Assembly (NCBI GenBank): GCA_038321865.1
Contig: JBBQFH010000006.1
Span: 174-64,173 of the forward strand
DNA from: Gemmatimonadales bacterium
Lineage (GTDB): Bacteria > Gemmatimonadota > Gemmatimonadetes > Gemmatimonadales > GWC2-71-9
Direction of reading: 5' to 3'
DNA: 64,000 nt
Positions within the stretch are counted from its first letter, which is position 1; the number at the start of each line of letters is the position of its first letter. Positions 45,249-53,127 of this stretch are shown piece by piece. The notes under the pieces are model-generated. The model had not been told where the DNA came from, did no database searches, and saw only the letters and a list, made by a program, of their open reading frames with translations. The position numbers and the translations under genes are program-made.

Positions 45249-45276
45249 CCCGGGCTTACTTGAGGAGCCTTGACCG

Positions 45277-45438
45277 ATGAAGCCGTCGTATCGTCCGCGC
45301 AACAAGCGCCGGATCGCCAAGCATGGATTCCGCGCCCGCATGGCCACCCGCTGGGGCCGTGCGGTCCTGTCGCGCCGCCGCAAGAAGGGCCGCAAGCAGC
45401 TCGTCGTCTCGATTCCGTCGAAGCACGGGGGATCCTGA
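45277..45438 (+). CDS. rpmH: 50S ribosomal protein L34
   Basis: Hand translation gives [53 protein letters not shown], which carries the L34 signature HGFRxRMxTxxGRxVLxRRRxKGRK. It is not in the ORF track because it is only 53 aa. Confidence 0.93.
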   Translation: MKPSYRPRNKRRIAKHGFRARMATRWGRAVLSRRRKKGRKQLVVSIPSKHGGS

Positions 45439-45788
45439 CGCCAGCGGAACGCCTCACGCGGGCCAACCGGCTCGCGCGGGCGTCCGATATCCGTCGCTGC
45501 CTGAACACCGGCCGGCGCCGCAGGACCGAGCATCTCGAGATGATCTGGGCCGACAACACAACGGGCCACCCGCGCATGGGACTGATCGTACCCAAGTTCC
45601 AGTTCAACGCGGTGGCCCGCAATCGTCTGCGGCGGCGCCTCAAGGAAATCTGGCGCCGCGACATCCGGGCCATGCAGCCGGCGTGGGATCTCGTGATCCG
45701 CGCCCGCCGCGAGGCCTACTCCGCATCGTTCGATGCGCTGCGCCACGAGCTCCTTGGCTGGCGTGATGTGACGCTGGCCGCCGAGTGA
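45435..45788 (+). CDS. rnpA: RNase P protein component (conserved core; true start unresolved, see findings)
   Basis: The sequence [17 protein letters not shown]...[29 protein letters not shown] contains the RNR motif. The coordinates use CTG 45435, which overlaps the rpmH stop. The only canonical upstream in-frame start is TTG 45270 (ORF 45270-45788, 172 aa). ATG 45540 would truncate the conserved N-terminus. Confidence 0.8.
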   Translation: MTPAERLTRANRLARASDIRRCLNTGRRRRTEHLEMIWADNTTGHPRMGLIVPKFQFNAVARNRLRRRLKEIWRRDIRAMQPAWDLVIRARREAYSASFDALRHELLGWRDVTLAAE

Positions 45789-45792
45789 CGCC

Positions 45793-46023
45793 ATGCTGTC
45801 GCTCGGGCGACTGCCCCGCCGGATCATCTCGCTTCCCATCCGCGGCTACCAACGATTCATCTCGCCGGCGCTCCCGCCGTCGTGCCGCTTCACGCCGTCC
45901 TGCTCCGCCTACGCGCTCGAAGCCCTCAGCCGGCACGGCGCGCTGCGCGGATCGTGGCTCGCGGCGCGCCGGCTCGTGCGATGCCATCCGTTCAATGCCG
46001 GTGGCGTCGATCCCGTCCCCTGA
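45793..46023 (+). CDS. yidD: Membrane protein insertion efficiency factor YidD
   Basis: The sequence [49 protein letters not shown] is the diagnostic YidD sequence. Confidence 0.9.
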   Translation: MLSLGRLPRRIISLPIRGYQRFISPALPPSCRFTPSCSAYALEALSRHGALRGSWLAARRLVRCHPFNAGGVDPVP

Positions 46024-46043
46024 TGTCGTGACCTAGAGAGACC

Positions 46044-47738
46044 ATGGAACGTCGTACGATCTGGGCTATCCTCCTCATGATGACCATCGCCATCGCACCG
46101 GCGTTCTTCATCAAGCGCAACTCGGCGGCGATCAAGCCCGCACCGCCGCCGGTCACGATCGACAGCACCCGCGCCGCGCCGGCCGACAGCACGCCCGCCG
46201 TGGCCGCCACCGCCCGGCGCGACACGACGGCCGCGCCGACGGCCGCGCCGTCGAGTGCGCCGGAAGACACCGTCGTCGTTACCTCCGACCTCTACCGCTA
46301 CCGCATCAGCACCCGCGGCGCCCGGCTGGTGGGCGCGGAGCTCACCCGCTACAAGTCGTTGGCGGCGGCCGATCACGGGGCGCCGGTCGAGCTGTTGCGT
46401 CCGGGCAGCTCGATCCTCGGTCTCGCCATCGTGAGCAACGGGGACACGGTGCGGCTCGACAACTGGGTCTTCACCCCGTCCGCCACCTCGCTCGCGGTGC
46501 AGGGGCCGACGCCGCTGACGCTCTCCGCCACCCAGGGCGCCTACTCGGCCGCACTCACGTACACCTTCACCCCCGACTATCAGATCGCGATTGCCGGCCA
46601 CGTCACCGGCCTGGGCCCCAACGGCGCCCTGCTGCTGGTGGATCTCGGCGACGGTTTCCGGAACGCCGAGGCCGATTCGGTGCAGAACCAGCGCGCGTTC
46701 AGCTTCGTGGTCAAGAACGACCAGGCGCGCCGGAACGATTTCGCCGGGCTCAAGGCGGGCGTGCCGACCGTGGTGAGCGGGCCGTTCGAGTGGGTGGCGG
46801 TGAAATCGAAGTACTTCGTGATCGGGCTGTTCGCCTTCGATTCGACATCGACCAGCGGGCGGATCAGCGGCGTCACCGCCCTCGCCCCGGCGAATGCGCC
46901 AAAACACCCGACCGAAGCCCGCGTGCGCATCACGCTGCCGGTCACCTCGGCCGGCGCCCTGGCCTACCGGCTCTACGCCGGTCCGATGGAGCATCCGCGC
47001 CTCAAGGCGATCGGCCACGAATTCGATGACGCCAACCCGTACGGCTGGCCCGGCTTCCGCACGGTCATCCGCTTCTTTGCCGTGCCGGTGCGGTGGCTGC
47101 TGGTCGCGATGCACGAGAACCTGCACCTCGCCTACGGCGCCTGCCTGATCCTGTTCGGGATCCTGGTGCGGTTGCTGCTGTGGCCACTCAATTCGAAGGC
47201 GATGCGCCAGAACATGGCGATGCAGGCGGTGCAGCCGCTGGTGAAGACGGCCCAGGAGCGCTACAAGGACGATCCGAAGAAACAGCAGGAGGAGATGTTC
47301 CGGCTGTACAAGGAACACAACGTCAACCCCATGGGCGGCTGCTGGCCGATGCTGCTGCCGATGCCGGTGCTGCTGGCGCTGTTCTTCGTGTTCCAGTACA
47401 GCATCGAGCTCCGCGGCGCCTCGTTTCTCTGGCTGCCGGACCTGGCGAGCAAGGATCCGTTCTACATCCTGCCGATCGTCATGGGGCTGTCCATGTACGT
47501 GCTGAGCAAGGTGGGACAGATGGGGATGGAGCCCAATCCCCAGATGCAGATGACGACGTACATCATGCCGGTCTTCATGACCGTCATCTTCATCAACTTT
47601 GCGTCGGGCCTGAATCTGTATTACGCCGTCAGCAACATCGCCAGCATTCCGCAGCAGTGGCTCCTGGCACAGGAGCGGCTCAAGCGCATGCCGCCGGCGC
47701 CGAAGGCCGCCAAGCCGAAGCCCGCGCGACCGGCCTAG
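46044..47738 (+). CDS. yidC: Membrane protein insertase YidC
   Basis: An N-terminal TM helix and large periplasmic domain are followed by the conserved core (WPLNSKAMRQNMAMQAVQP...MFRLYKEHNVNPMGGCWPMLLPMPVLLALF...LWLPDLASKDPFYILPI). Confidence 0.95.
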   Translation: MERRTIWAILLMMTIAIAPAFFIKRNSAAIKPAPPPVTIDSTRAAPADSTPAVAATARRDTTAAPTAAPSSAPEDTVVVTSDLYRYRISTRGARLVGAELTRYKSLAAADHGAPVELLRPGSSILGLAIVSNGDTVRLDNWVFTPSATSLAVQGPTPLTLSATQGAYSAALTYTFTPDYQIAIAGHVTGLGPNGALLLVDLGDGFRNAEADSVQNQRAFSFVVKNDQARRNDFAGLKAGVPTVVSGPFEWVAVKSKYFVIGLFAFDSTSTSGRISGVTALAPANAPKHPTEARVRITLPVTSAGALAYRLYAGPMEHPRLKAIGHEFDDANPYGWPGFRTVIRFFAVPVRWLLVAMHENLHLAYGACLILFGILVRLLLWPLNSKAMRQNMAMQAVQPLVKTAQERYKDDPKKQQEEMFRLYKEHNVNPMGGCWPMLLPMPVLLALFFVFQYSIELRGASFLWLPDLASKDPFYILPIVMGLSMYVLSKVGQMGMEPNPQMQMTTYIMPVFMTVIFINFASGLNLYYAVSNIASIPQQWLLAQERLKRMPPAPKAAKPKPARPA

Positions 47739-47753
47739 CGCGGCGCCCGGCCG

Positions 47754-49073
47754 GTGCTGTCCGATCCGATCGTCGCTCTCGCCACCCCGGCCGGCCGCTC
47801 GGCCATCGCGGTCGTGCGGCTGAGCGGCGAGGGGGCGCTCGCGATCGCCGATCGCGTCATCAGCTCGTTTCAGCCCTTTCCCCCTCGTACCGCCACCCTC
47901 GCCACCTTCCGGGATGCCGCCGGCCTGCCGATCGACCGCGGCCTCTACACCGTTTTTCCCGCACCCGACAGCTACACCGGCGACGACCTCGTCGAGCTCT
48001 CCTGCCACGGAGGGCTGGCGGTGCCTGCGCGCCTCCTTGCCGCGCTCCAGGCCGCGGGTGCCCGACCCGCCGCCCCCGGTGAATTCACCCGCCGCGCCGT
48101 CCTCAACGGCAAGCTCGACCTCGTGCAGGCCGAAGCCGTCGGCGATCTGATCGACGCCACCGCGCCCGCGCAGGCGCGCGTGGCGCTGGGCCAGCTGGAG
48201 GGCGGACTCTCCCGCCGGCTCAACCAGCTGCGCGACGCGCTGATCGGAGTGCAGGCCCTGCTCAGCTACTCGATCGATTTTCCCGAGGAAGACGACGGCC
48301 CGGTGCCCGCGGAGCGCATCAAGGCCCGGATGGCCGAGGTGGCCGAGCGCATCGATCGGCTGGTGGCGACGGCCCCCGCCGGCGAGCGACTGCGCGAAGG
48401 CGCCCTCGTGGTGCTCGCCGGCCGGCCGAACGCCGGGAAGTCATCGTTGTTCAATGCATTGCTGGGAACCGGCCGAGCGCTGGTGACCGACATCCCCGGC
48501 ACCACCCGCGATGCGATCGAAGCCTACACCGATGTCCTCGGCTGGCCGGTGCGGCTGGTGGATACTGCTGGGCTCTGGGATTCGCCGGACCCGATCGACC
48601 GGCTCGGTATCGAGGTGAGCCGGCGCTATCTGGGCGCCGCCGACCTCGTCGTCCTCTGCATCGAGGGGCGGGAGCCGGCCACGCCGGCTGAGCTGGCGCT
48701 GGCGGCGGAACACCCGACGCTGCTCATTCGCACCAAGGGCGATCTGCCGGGGTCGGCGCCCGACGCCGTGTCCGCCGAGACCGGAGCCGGCCTCGATCGG
48801 CTGCGGCACGACATCGCTGCTCGGCTATTCGATGATCGTGTCGCCATGGGCGACCTCGAGCCTGCGCTCACGCGCGAGCGCCATCGCGTGGCGCTGGTGC
48901 GTGCCGCCGCCGCGCTCGCCGCCGCCCGGCCACACCTCGCGCCGGGCGGCGAGGCGGTGCTGGCCTCGCACCACGTGCGCGAGGCGACGACGGCGCTCGA
49001 CGAGCTGGTCGGCGCGGTGGACATCGAGGAGGTGCTGGGCCGGATCTTTTCGTCGTTCTGCGTCGGCAAGTAA
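47754..49073 (+). CDS. mnmE: tRNA modification GTPase MnmE
   Basis: It shows DPIVALATPAGRSAIAVVRLSG, G-domain motifs (GRPNAGKSSLFNAL and DTAG) and the C-terminal FCVGK (CxGK). Confidence 0.95.
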   Translation: MLSDPIVALATPAGRSAIAVVRLSGEGALAIADRVISSFQPFPPRTATLATFRDAAGLPIDRGLYTVFPAPDSYTGDDLVELSCHGGLAVPARLLAALQAAGARPAAPGEFTRRAVLNGKLDLVQAEAVGDLIDATAPAQARVALGQLEGGLSRRLNQLRDALIGVQALLSYSIDFPEEDDGPVPAERIKARMAEVAERIDRLVATAPAGERLREGALVVLAGRPNAGKSSLFNALLGTGRALVTDIPGTTRDAIEAYTDVLGWPVRLVDTAGLWDSPDPIDRLGIEVSRRYLGAADLVVLCIEGREPATPAELALAAEHPTLLIRTKGDLPGSAPDAVSAETGAGLDRLRHDIAARLFDDRVAMGDLEPALTRERHRVALVRAAAALAAARPHLAPGGEAVLASHHVREATTALDELVGAVDIEEVLGRIFSSFCVGK

Positions 49074-49084
49074 GGCGCGGTGCG

Positions 49085-49372
49085 TCAGAGCTCGCTCGCG
49101 CGGCAGGTGAGGCGCGGGTGTTCCGGATCGCTGAGATCGAGCTTGTCCCACGGAATTACGGTGGCCGCGTGTCTCGGCCCCCCGAAGGTGCGCGCCAGTC
49201 CGACCGAGAGCCGTTCCAGCAGCGCGTGCGGACCGACATGGAATTCGCGCACGAGGCATTCCTGGTCCACGCGGTCGGCGCGCACCTCCTCCAGCCGGCC
49301 GACGGGCTTTCCCTCGGAATCCCTGACCCGCCGACCCAGCAGCAACTCGAGGTGGACCTCACGCGTGCTCAT
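49085..49372 (-). CDS. PRC-barrel domain protein (95 aa)
   Basis: The sequence LLGRRVRDSEGKPVGRLEEVRAD has the PRC-barrel pattern. The internal ATG 49372 is preceded by GGGAGGG. It overlaps the upstream PRC gene by 14 nt. Confidence 0.7.
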   Translation of the reverse strand: MSTREVHLELLLGRRVRDSEGKPVGRLEEVRADRVDQECLVREFHVGPHALLERLSVGLARTFGGPRHAATVIPWDKLDLSDPEHPRLTCRASEL

Positions 49373-49733
49373 GCTTCCGCCCTCCCGGCAGTCGTTCGCT
49401 GATGTGTACCCGGAGCCAGTCCTCCACCACATTCAGGCGGGTCTCCTCCAGCAGGAGGTCGACGGTGACATCGAGCTCGACCCCGCGTACCAGCCCCCAC
49501 GGAATGCGATAGGGCTGGGTGTGTGTGCCGCCCCAGCGGCGAGCCAGGGCATCGGCCAGGCGTCCGAGGCTCTGGCTCAGTCGGCGGGCCAGGGTCGGGG
49601 CGCCCGCCTCGAGATAGACCACCCGCGGCGGCGCACCGTCCCGCAGCTCCAGCACGATGCCGTCGACCTTTCCCATGCGGTGCCTGTTGCGGTCCAGCAT
49701 CTGACTGTCGAGCACGTCGCGAATGAGAAGCAT
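49359..49733 (-). CDS. PRC-barrel domain protein (124 aa)
   Basis: The sequence IRDVLDSQMLDRNRHRMGKVDGIVLEL has the PRC-barrel pattern. Its start lies 2 nt after the NRAMP-like gene's stop. Confidence 0.75.
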   Translation of the reverse strand: MLLIRDVLDSQMLDRNRHRMGKVDGIVLELRDGAPPRVVYLEAGAPTLARRLSQSLGRLADALARRWGGTHTQPYRIPWGLVRGVELDVTVDLLLEETRLNVVEDWLRVHISERLPGGRKHEHA

Positions 49734-49735
49734 GG

Positions 49736-50950
49736 TCAGCCTCCGGTGATCATCAGCGGCAGCGAGACGACCGCGAGCACGAAGGCGAGCGCGGTGATCA
49801 CGCCGACCACGATGTTGCTCACCCAGCCGTTGCGATACACGCCGAGATAGCGTGCGTCGTTCATGATCAGCAGCAGGGGGACCACCACCGCCGGAAGCGA
49901 TGCCGCACTGACCACCATCGACAGGTTGGTGAGCTTGAGGATATCCACGCCCAGCAGCGTCGGGATGATTGCCAGCAGGGTGAGCAGTGTGTAGGTGAGG
50001 CTGAACCGGGCGTCATCCGACGGCGGCAGGTCCTCGCTCCACTCCCAGCCGAATCCCTGGGCCATCATGTAGGCGCTGGTCAGCGCGACCTCCTGTGCGG
50101 CGCCGAAGCAGGCCACCGCCAGCGAGATCACGAAGAGCGCGAAGCCGGCCCGCCCCATGGCCGAGGTGAGGAGAAGCGGCAGCTGCTCGAAGCTCTCCAC
50201 CTGGATCTTGCGCGGATGAAAGACGACGGCCGAGGCCACGAGCGCGCCGATGGCCACGATACCACCAAAGCCCATCCCCGCACCCGCAGTGATGCGATTG
50301 ATGTTGAGGTGGCTGACGTTCCACCGGTCCTCGATCGCGCCGGACGAGTAGAAGAAGAACAGGTACGGGCTGATGCACGCGCCAAGTACGCTGACGGCGA
50401 GGAACCAGTAGTGCGTCCCGTCGCGAGCCGGCATCCGCGGAACAGCTCCGCGCGCCACCTCGGCGAACGGCGGATGGAGCATGAACGCCGCGACCAGAAA
50501 GGCCAGGGTCACCAGCCCCAGCATGGAGACGCCCTTCTCGATCAGGCCGAACGTTCCCTTCCAGAGCAGAAACCAGCTCAGCAGCGCCACCGGAATCACC
50601 CACCACCGATAGCTCACGCCGCTGATCATCTGCAGCGCCAGTGATACGCCTCCGAGCTCGGTCGCCAGCGCCATGTACATCACGAGCAGCATGATGACGA
50701 GCGGGAACATGAAGAAGCGGAACCCGAATCGTTCCCGGATCACGTCGGGAAGGGAATGCTTGCTGATGGCGGAGAGACGGCCGGACATCTCCACCAGGAA
50801 GGCGAGACAGATCGCCCCCAGGATGATCGACCAGATCAGATCGAACCCGAAATCGGCACCGGCCTGGGCCGACGTGGCCAGCGAGCCGGCCTCCAGAAAC
50901 CCGCCGATGCCGATGACGAGCCCAAGCGCGATCTCGAGGATTCGTTTCAC
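49736..50950 (-). CDS. NRAMP-fold transporter with a non-canonical metal-binding site
   Basis: TM1 reads IGGFLEAGSLATSAQAGADFGFDLIW, against the canonical IDPGNxATxxQAGAxFGYxLLW. TM6 reads LGACISPYLFFFYSS, against the canonical LGAxxMPHxxYLHSS. 404 aa, with about 11 TM helices. Confidence 0.85.
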   Translation of the reverse strand: MKRILEIALGLVIGIGGFLEAGSLATSAQAGADFGFDLIWSIILGAICLAFLVEMSGRLSAISKHSLPDVIRERFGFRFFMFPLVIMLLVMYMALATELGGVSLALQMISGVSYRWWVIPVALLSWFLLWKGTFGLIEKGVSMLGLVTLAFLVAAFMLHPPFAEVARGAVPRMPARDGTHYWFLAVSVLGACISPYLFFFYSSGAIEDRWNVSHLNINRITAGAGMGFGGIVAIGALVASAVVFHPRKIQVESFEQLPLLLTSAMGRAGFALFVISLAVACFGAAQEVALTSAYMMAQGFGWEWSEDLPPSDDARFSLTYTLLTLLAIIPTLLGVDILKLTNLSMVVSAASLPAVVVPLLLIMNDARYLGVYRNGWVSNIVVGVITALAFVLAVVSLPLMITGG

Positions 50951-51020
50951 GTGCCGCTCGTCTCGATTCGAACCGCGTCGATGACCGTCAGTATCGTCGG
51001 CGCACTGGGGCGCTCCGCGG

Positions 51021-51851
51021 TCACCGGGCGCTTCCCGCGAAGGGAAGCCGCGGAATGCCGAAGGCAGTCAGAATGCTGTCGATCACAGCGCGCCGCCGCA
51101 GGATGACCCCGTCAAGCTCGCGGCGAAGGGAGTCGTCGCCCTTGCGCACGCCCATCGAGATGCTGTAGGCCAGCGGAATCCCCGGCGGCTCGCCCGCCGG
51201 CGAGACGGGCGTGAGTGTCAGCGGCACGGGCTCCCGGTTCGCGAAATAGCCCGCCAGGGGGCCCCAGACGATCGCCACGTCGATCTCGCCCCGGGCGAGC
51301 GCCTCGAGAATGCGCGCCGGCGGATTGGGCTTGCTGTAGTCTCCGTACAGCGTGTACCCGACGACGTTCGCGATGATGCCTCGGCGGGAAAGCGCGTGCG
51401 CCGGCGGCGTGTTCATGTAATCGTTGCCGATCAACTGGACGCCGATACGGAGCCGGCGCAGCAGCGAGTCATCCAACGAGGAGATGCGAAGTCCCCGGTC
51501 TTGCCGAGTGACGAAGACGTAGCTCGACCGATAATACGGCTGAGTGACGCGGACCATCTCGAGGCGGGTGGGCACACCGATCACCACATCGCAGGCGGAG
51601 GCGTTCAGCGTATTGCGGAAGAAGCCCCGGCGCTGCGCCCACCAGAAGTACGTGAGCCGCGCGTGAAGCTCCTTCGCCACGAGCTCCGCGATCCGGTTCT
51701 CGAACCCTTCGCCCCGCTGGTTGGTGAACGGCAGATTGTTGGGATCGGCGCAGACGCGGAGCTCACGCACGGGTGGCGCCGGCCGCGCAATGCCGAAGCC
51801 GAGCAGGAGCGGCATGAAGGCCCTCAGGCAGCGGCTAGAGCGAACAGACAT
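51021..51851 (-). CDS. Periplasmic substrate-binding protein, MoxJ-like (quinoprotein-dehydrogenase-associated SBP family)
   Basis: A signal peptide is followed by LRVCADPNNLPFTNQRGEGFENRIAELVAKEL...YFWWAQRRGFFRNTL...CDVVIGVP. From memory this matches the MoxJ-type SBP_bac_3 subfamily. Confidence 0.75.
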   Translation of the reverse strand: MSVRSSRCLRAFMPLLLGFGIARPAPPVRELRVCADPNNLPFTNQRGEGFENRIAELVAKELHARLTYFWWAQRRGFFRNTLNASACDVVIGVPTRLEMVRVTQPYYRSSYVFVTRQDRGLRISSLDDSLLRRLRIGVQLIGNDYMNTPPAHALSRRGIIANVVGYTLYGDYSKPNPPARILEALARGEIDVAIVWGPLAGYFANREPVPLTLTPVSPAGEPPGIPLAYSISMGVRKGDDSLRRELDGVILRRRAVIDSILTAFGIPRLPFAGSAR

Positions 51852-51905
51852 GCAGCGTCCCGCCTTTGGTGGATTTGGCCGTGTCCTGCAGACTACAACA
51901 GCGCG

Positions 51906-52115
51906 CTATCGCTTGTGGCTTCCGTCGCAGAATGGGCGTGTCTTCGACAGCCCACACCCGCAGAGCTTCACCTGGCCGGGATGCTTGGTGGGGGGAGGGA
52001 CCAGCACTTCACCTTCATTGTTGCGGATGACGACCGGACCCTCGATGATGTACGGCCCGGAAGGCTTCCAGGTCACGGTCGTGATGGCCGGCGGTCCCGT
52101 CTCCGGATCACTCAC
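51906..52115 (-). CDS. CDGSH-type [2Fe-2S] iron-sulfur domain protein
   Basis: The sequence CGCGLSKTRPFCDGSHKR matches the CxCxx(S/T)xxxPxCDG(S/A/T)H motif. 69 aa. It overlaps the upstream gene by 4 nt. Confidence 0.85.
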   Translation of the reverse strand: MSDPETGPPAITTVTWKPSGPYIIEGPVVIRNNEGEVLVPPPTKHPGQVKLCGCGLSKTRPFCDGSHKR

Positions 52116-53056
52116 GCGCTCTGAATCCCGCGCGCGACCTCTTCAGCCGACTGGAACTCGTCCGCGGCCGCCCGCAGCGCCGCCGCAATGCCGCGCTCGG
52201 CCACCAGCGCCTCCGCCATGCGGTATCCCAGGTAATAGCCCGATCGCTCGGGAATGACCCGCCCGCCGATCAGCCGGCTGGCGGGACTCATGCCGCCCGA
52301 CAGGTAGCGCAGCCGCAGCCCCAGGCCGCTCTGGTCGAGGTCGGGCTCCGCCACCCGGCGCAGGAACGACTCGATCTCCCGCAGCCGATGATACTGGCGG
52401 CGGGGATAGCCGAAATAGTCGGCCGGATCGAAGCCGGGAGCCACCGCCTGCGCAGCATGCACCGCGAGGCCCTCGTTGATGAGGAGCTCGCGAAGCGGCG
52501 CGCGACTGCCGGTCTGCCAGTAGTCGTAGAAGCCGCCCGCGTCGCTCACGAGACGCTGCATGTCGCTGGCGCTCGCCGGCGAGGTATAGCGCACCGTGTG
52601 CGCCAGCTCATGCGCCACCCAGAGCTGGATCAGGTCGGGCGAGAGCCCCATGCCGTACGTTTCCGGGTTGACTCGGCCGGTGAAGTGCTCGACACAGATG
52701 AAGGCGACGCCGCGCCCGCCGACCACGAGCTCCCCTGCGTTCGCCCCGCCCATGCCGACCATGAGGTAACAGTCGGTGGGGCGGTCGATCTGGAGGACGT
52801 CCTGCGCCCGTGCGGTGGCCTCCTCGACGGACTGGGCCAGGTCCACCGACTCCGTCAGCGCGACGAGATCGCTGCGGTCCGCGCCGAGCGCGGCGCGCAC
52901 CACATCGTCGGCCTGCGGGCTGTCGGGGTCGAGGACGTAGTTGCGCCAGTAGGCGTCGAGGATCGGGCGGTGGGTTTCGCGGTATTGCTGGTAGGCCGCC
53001 AGCGGATCGGCAGCGGCGAGCACGGCGAGAAATTCAGGAAGAAGATTGATCAGCAC
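52112..53056 (-). CDS. Putative zinc-dependent peptidase (DUF2268-like)
   Basis: It has an HExxH motif in WVAHELAHTV. The size and surrounding pattern are consistent with the DUF2268 family, but the assignment is from memory. Confidence 0.7.
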   Translation of the reverse strand: MLINLLPEFLAVLAAADPLAAYQQYRETHRPILDAYWRNYVLDPDSPQADDVVRAALGADRSDLVALTESVDLAQSVEEATARAQDVLQIDRPTDCYLMVGMGGANAGELVVGGRGVAFICVEHFTGRVNPETYGMGLSPDLIQLWVAHELAHTVRYTSPASASDMQRLVSDAGGFYDYWQTGSRAPLRELLINEGLAVHAAQAVAPGFDPADYFGYPRRQYHRLREIESFLRRVAEPDLDQSGLGLRLRYLSGGMSPASRLIGGRVIPERSGYYLGYRMAEALVAERGIAAALRAAADEFQSAEEVARGIQSA

Positions 53057-53127
53057 GCGCCATAGTAAGAGCGTCGAGGCGCGCGGCGCAAGATGCGCGG
53101 CGATCTCGATACGCGCTCAGCGCGATC

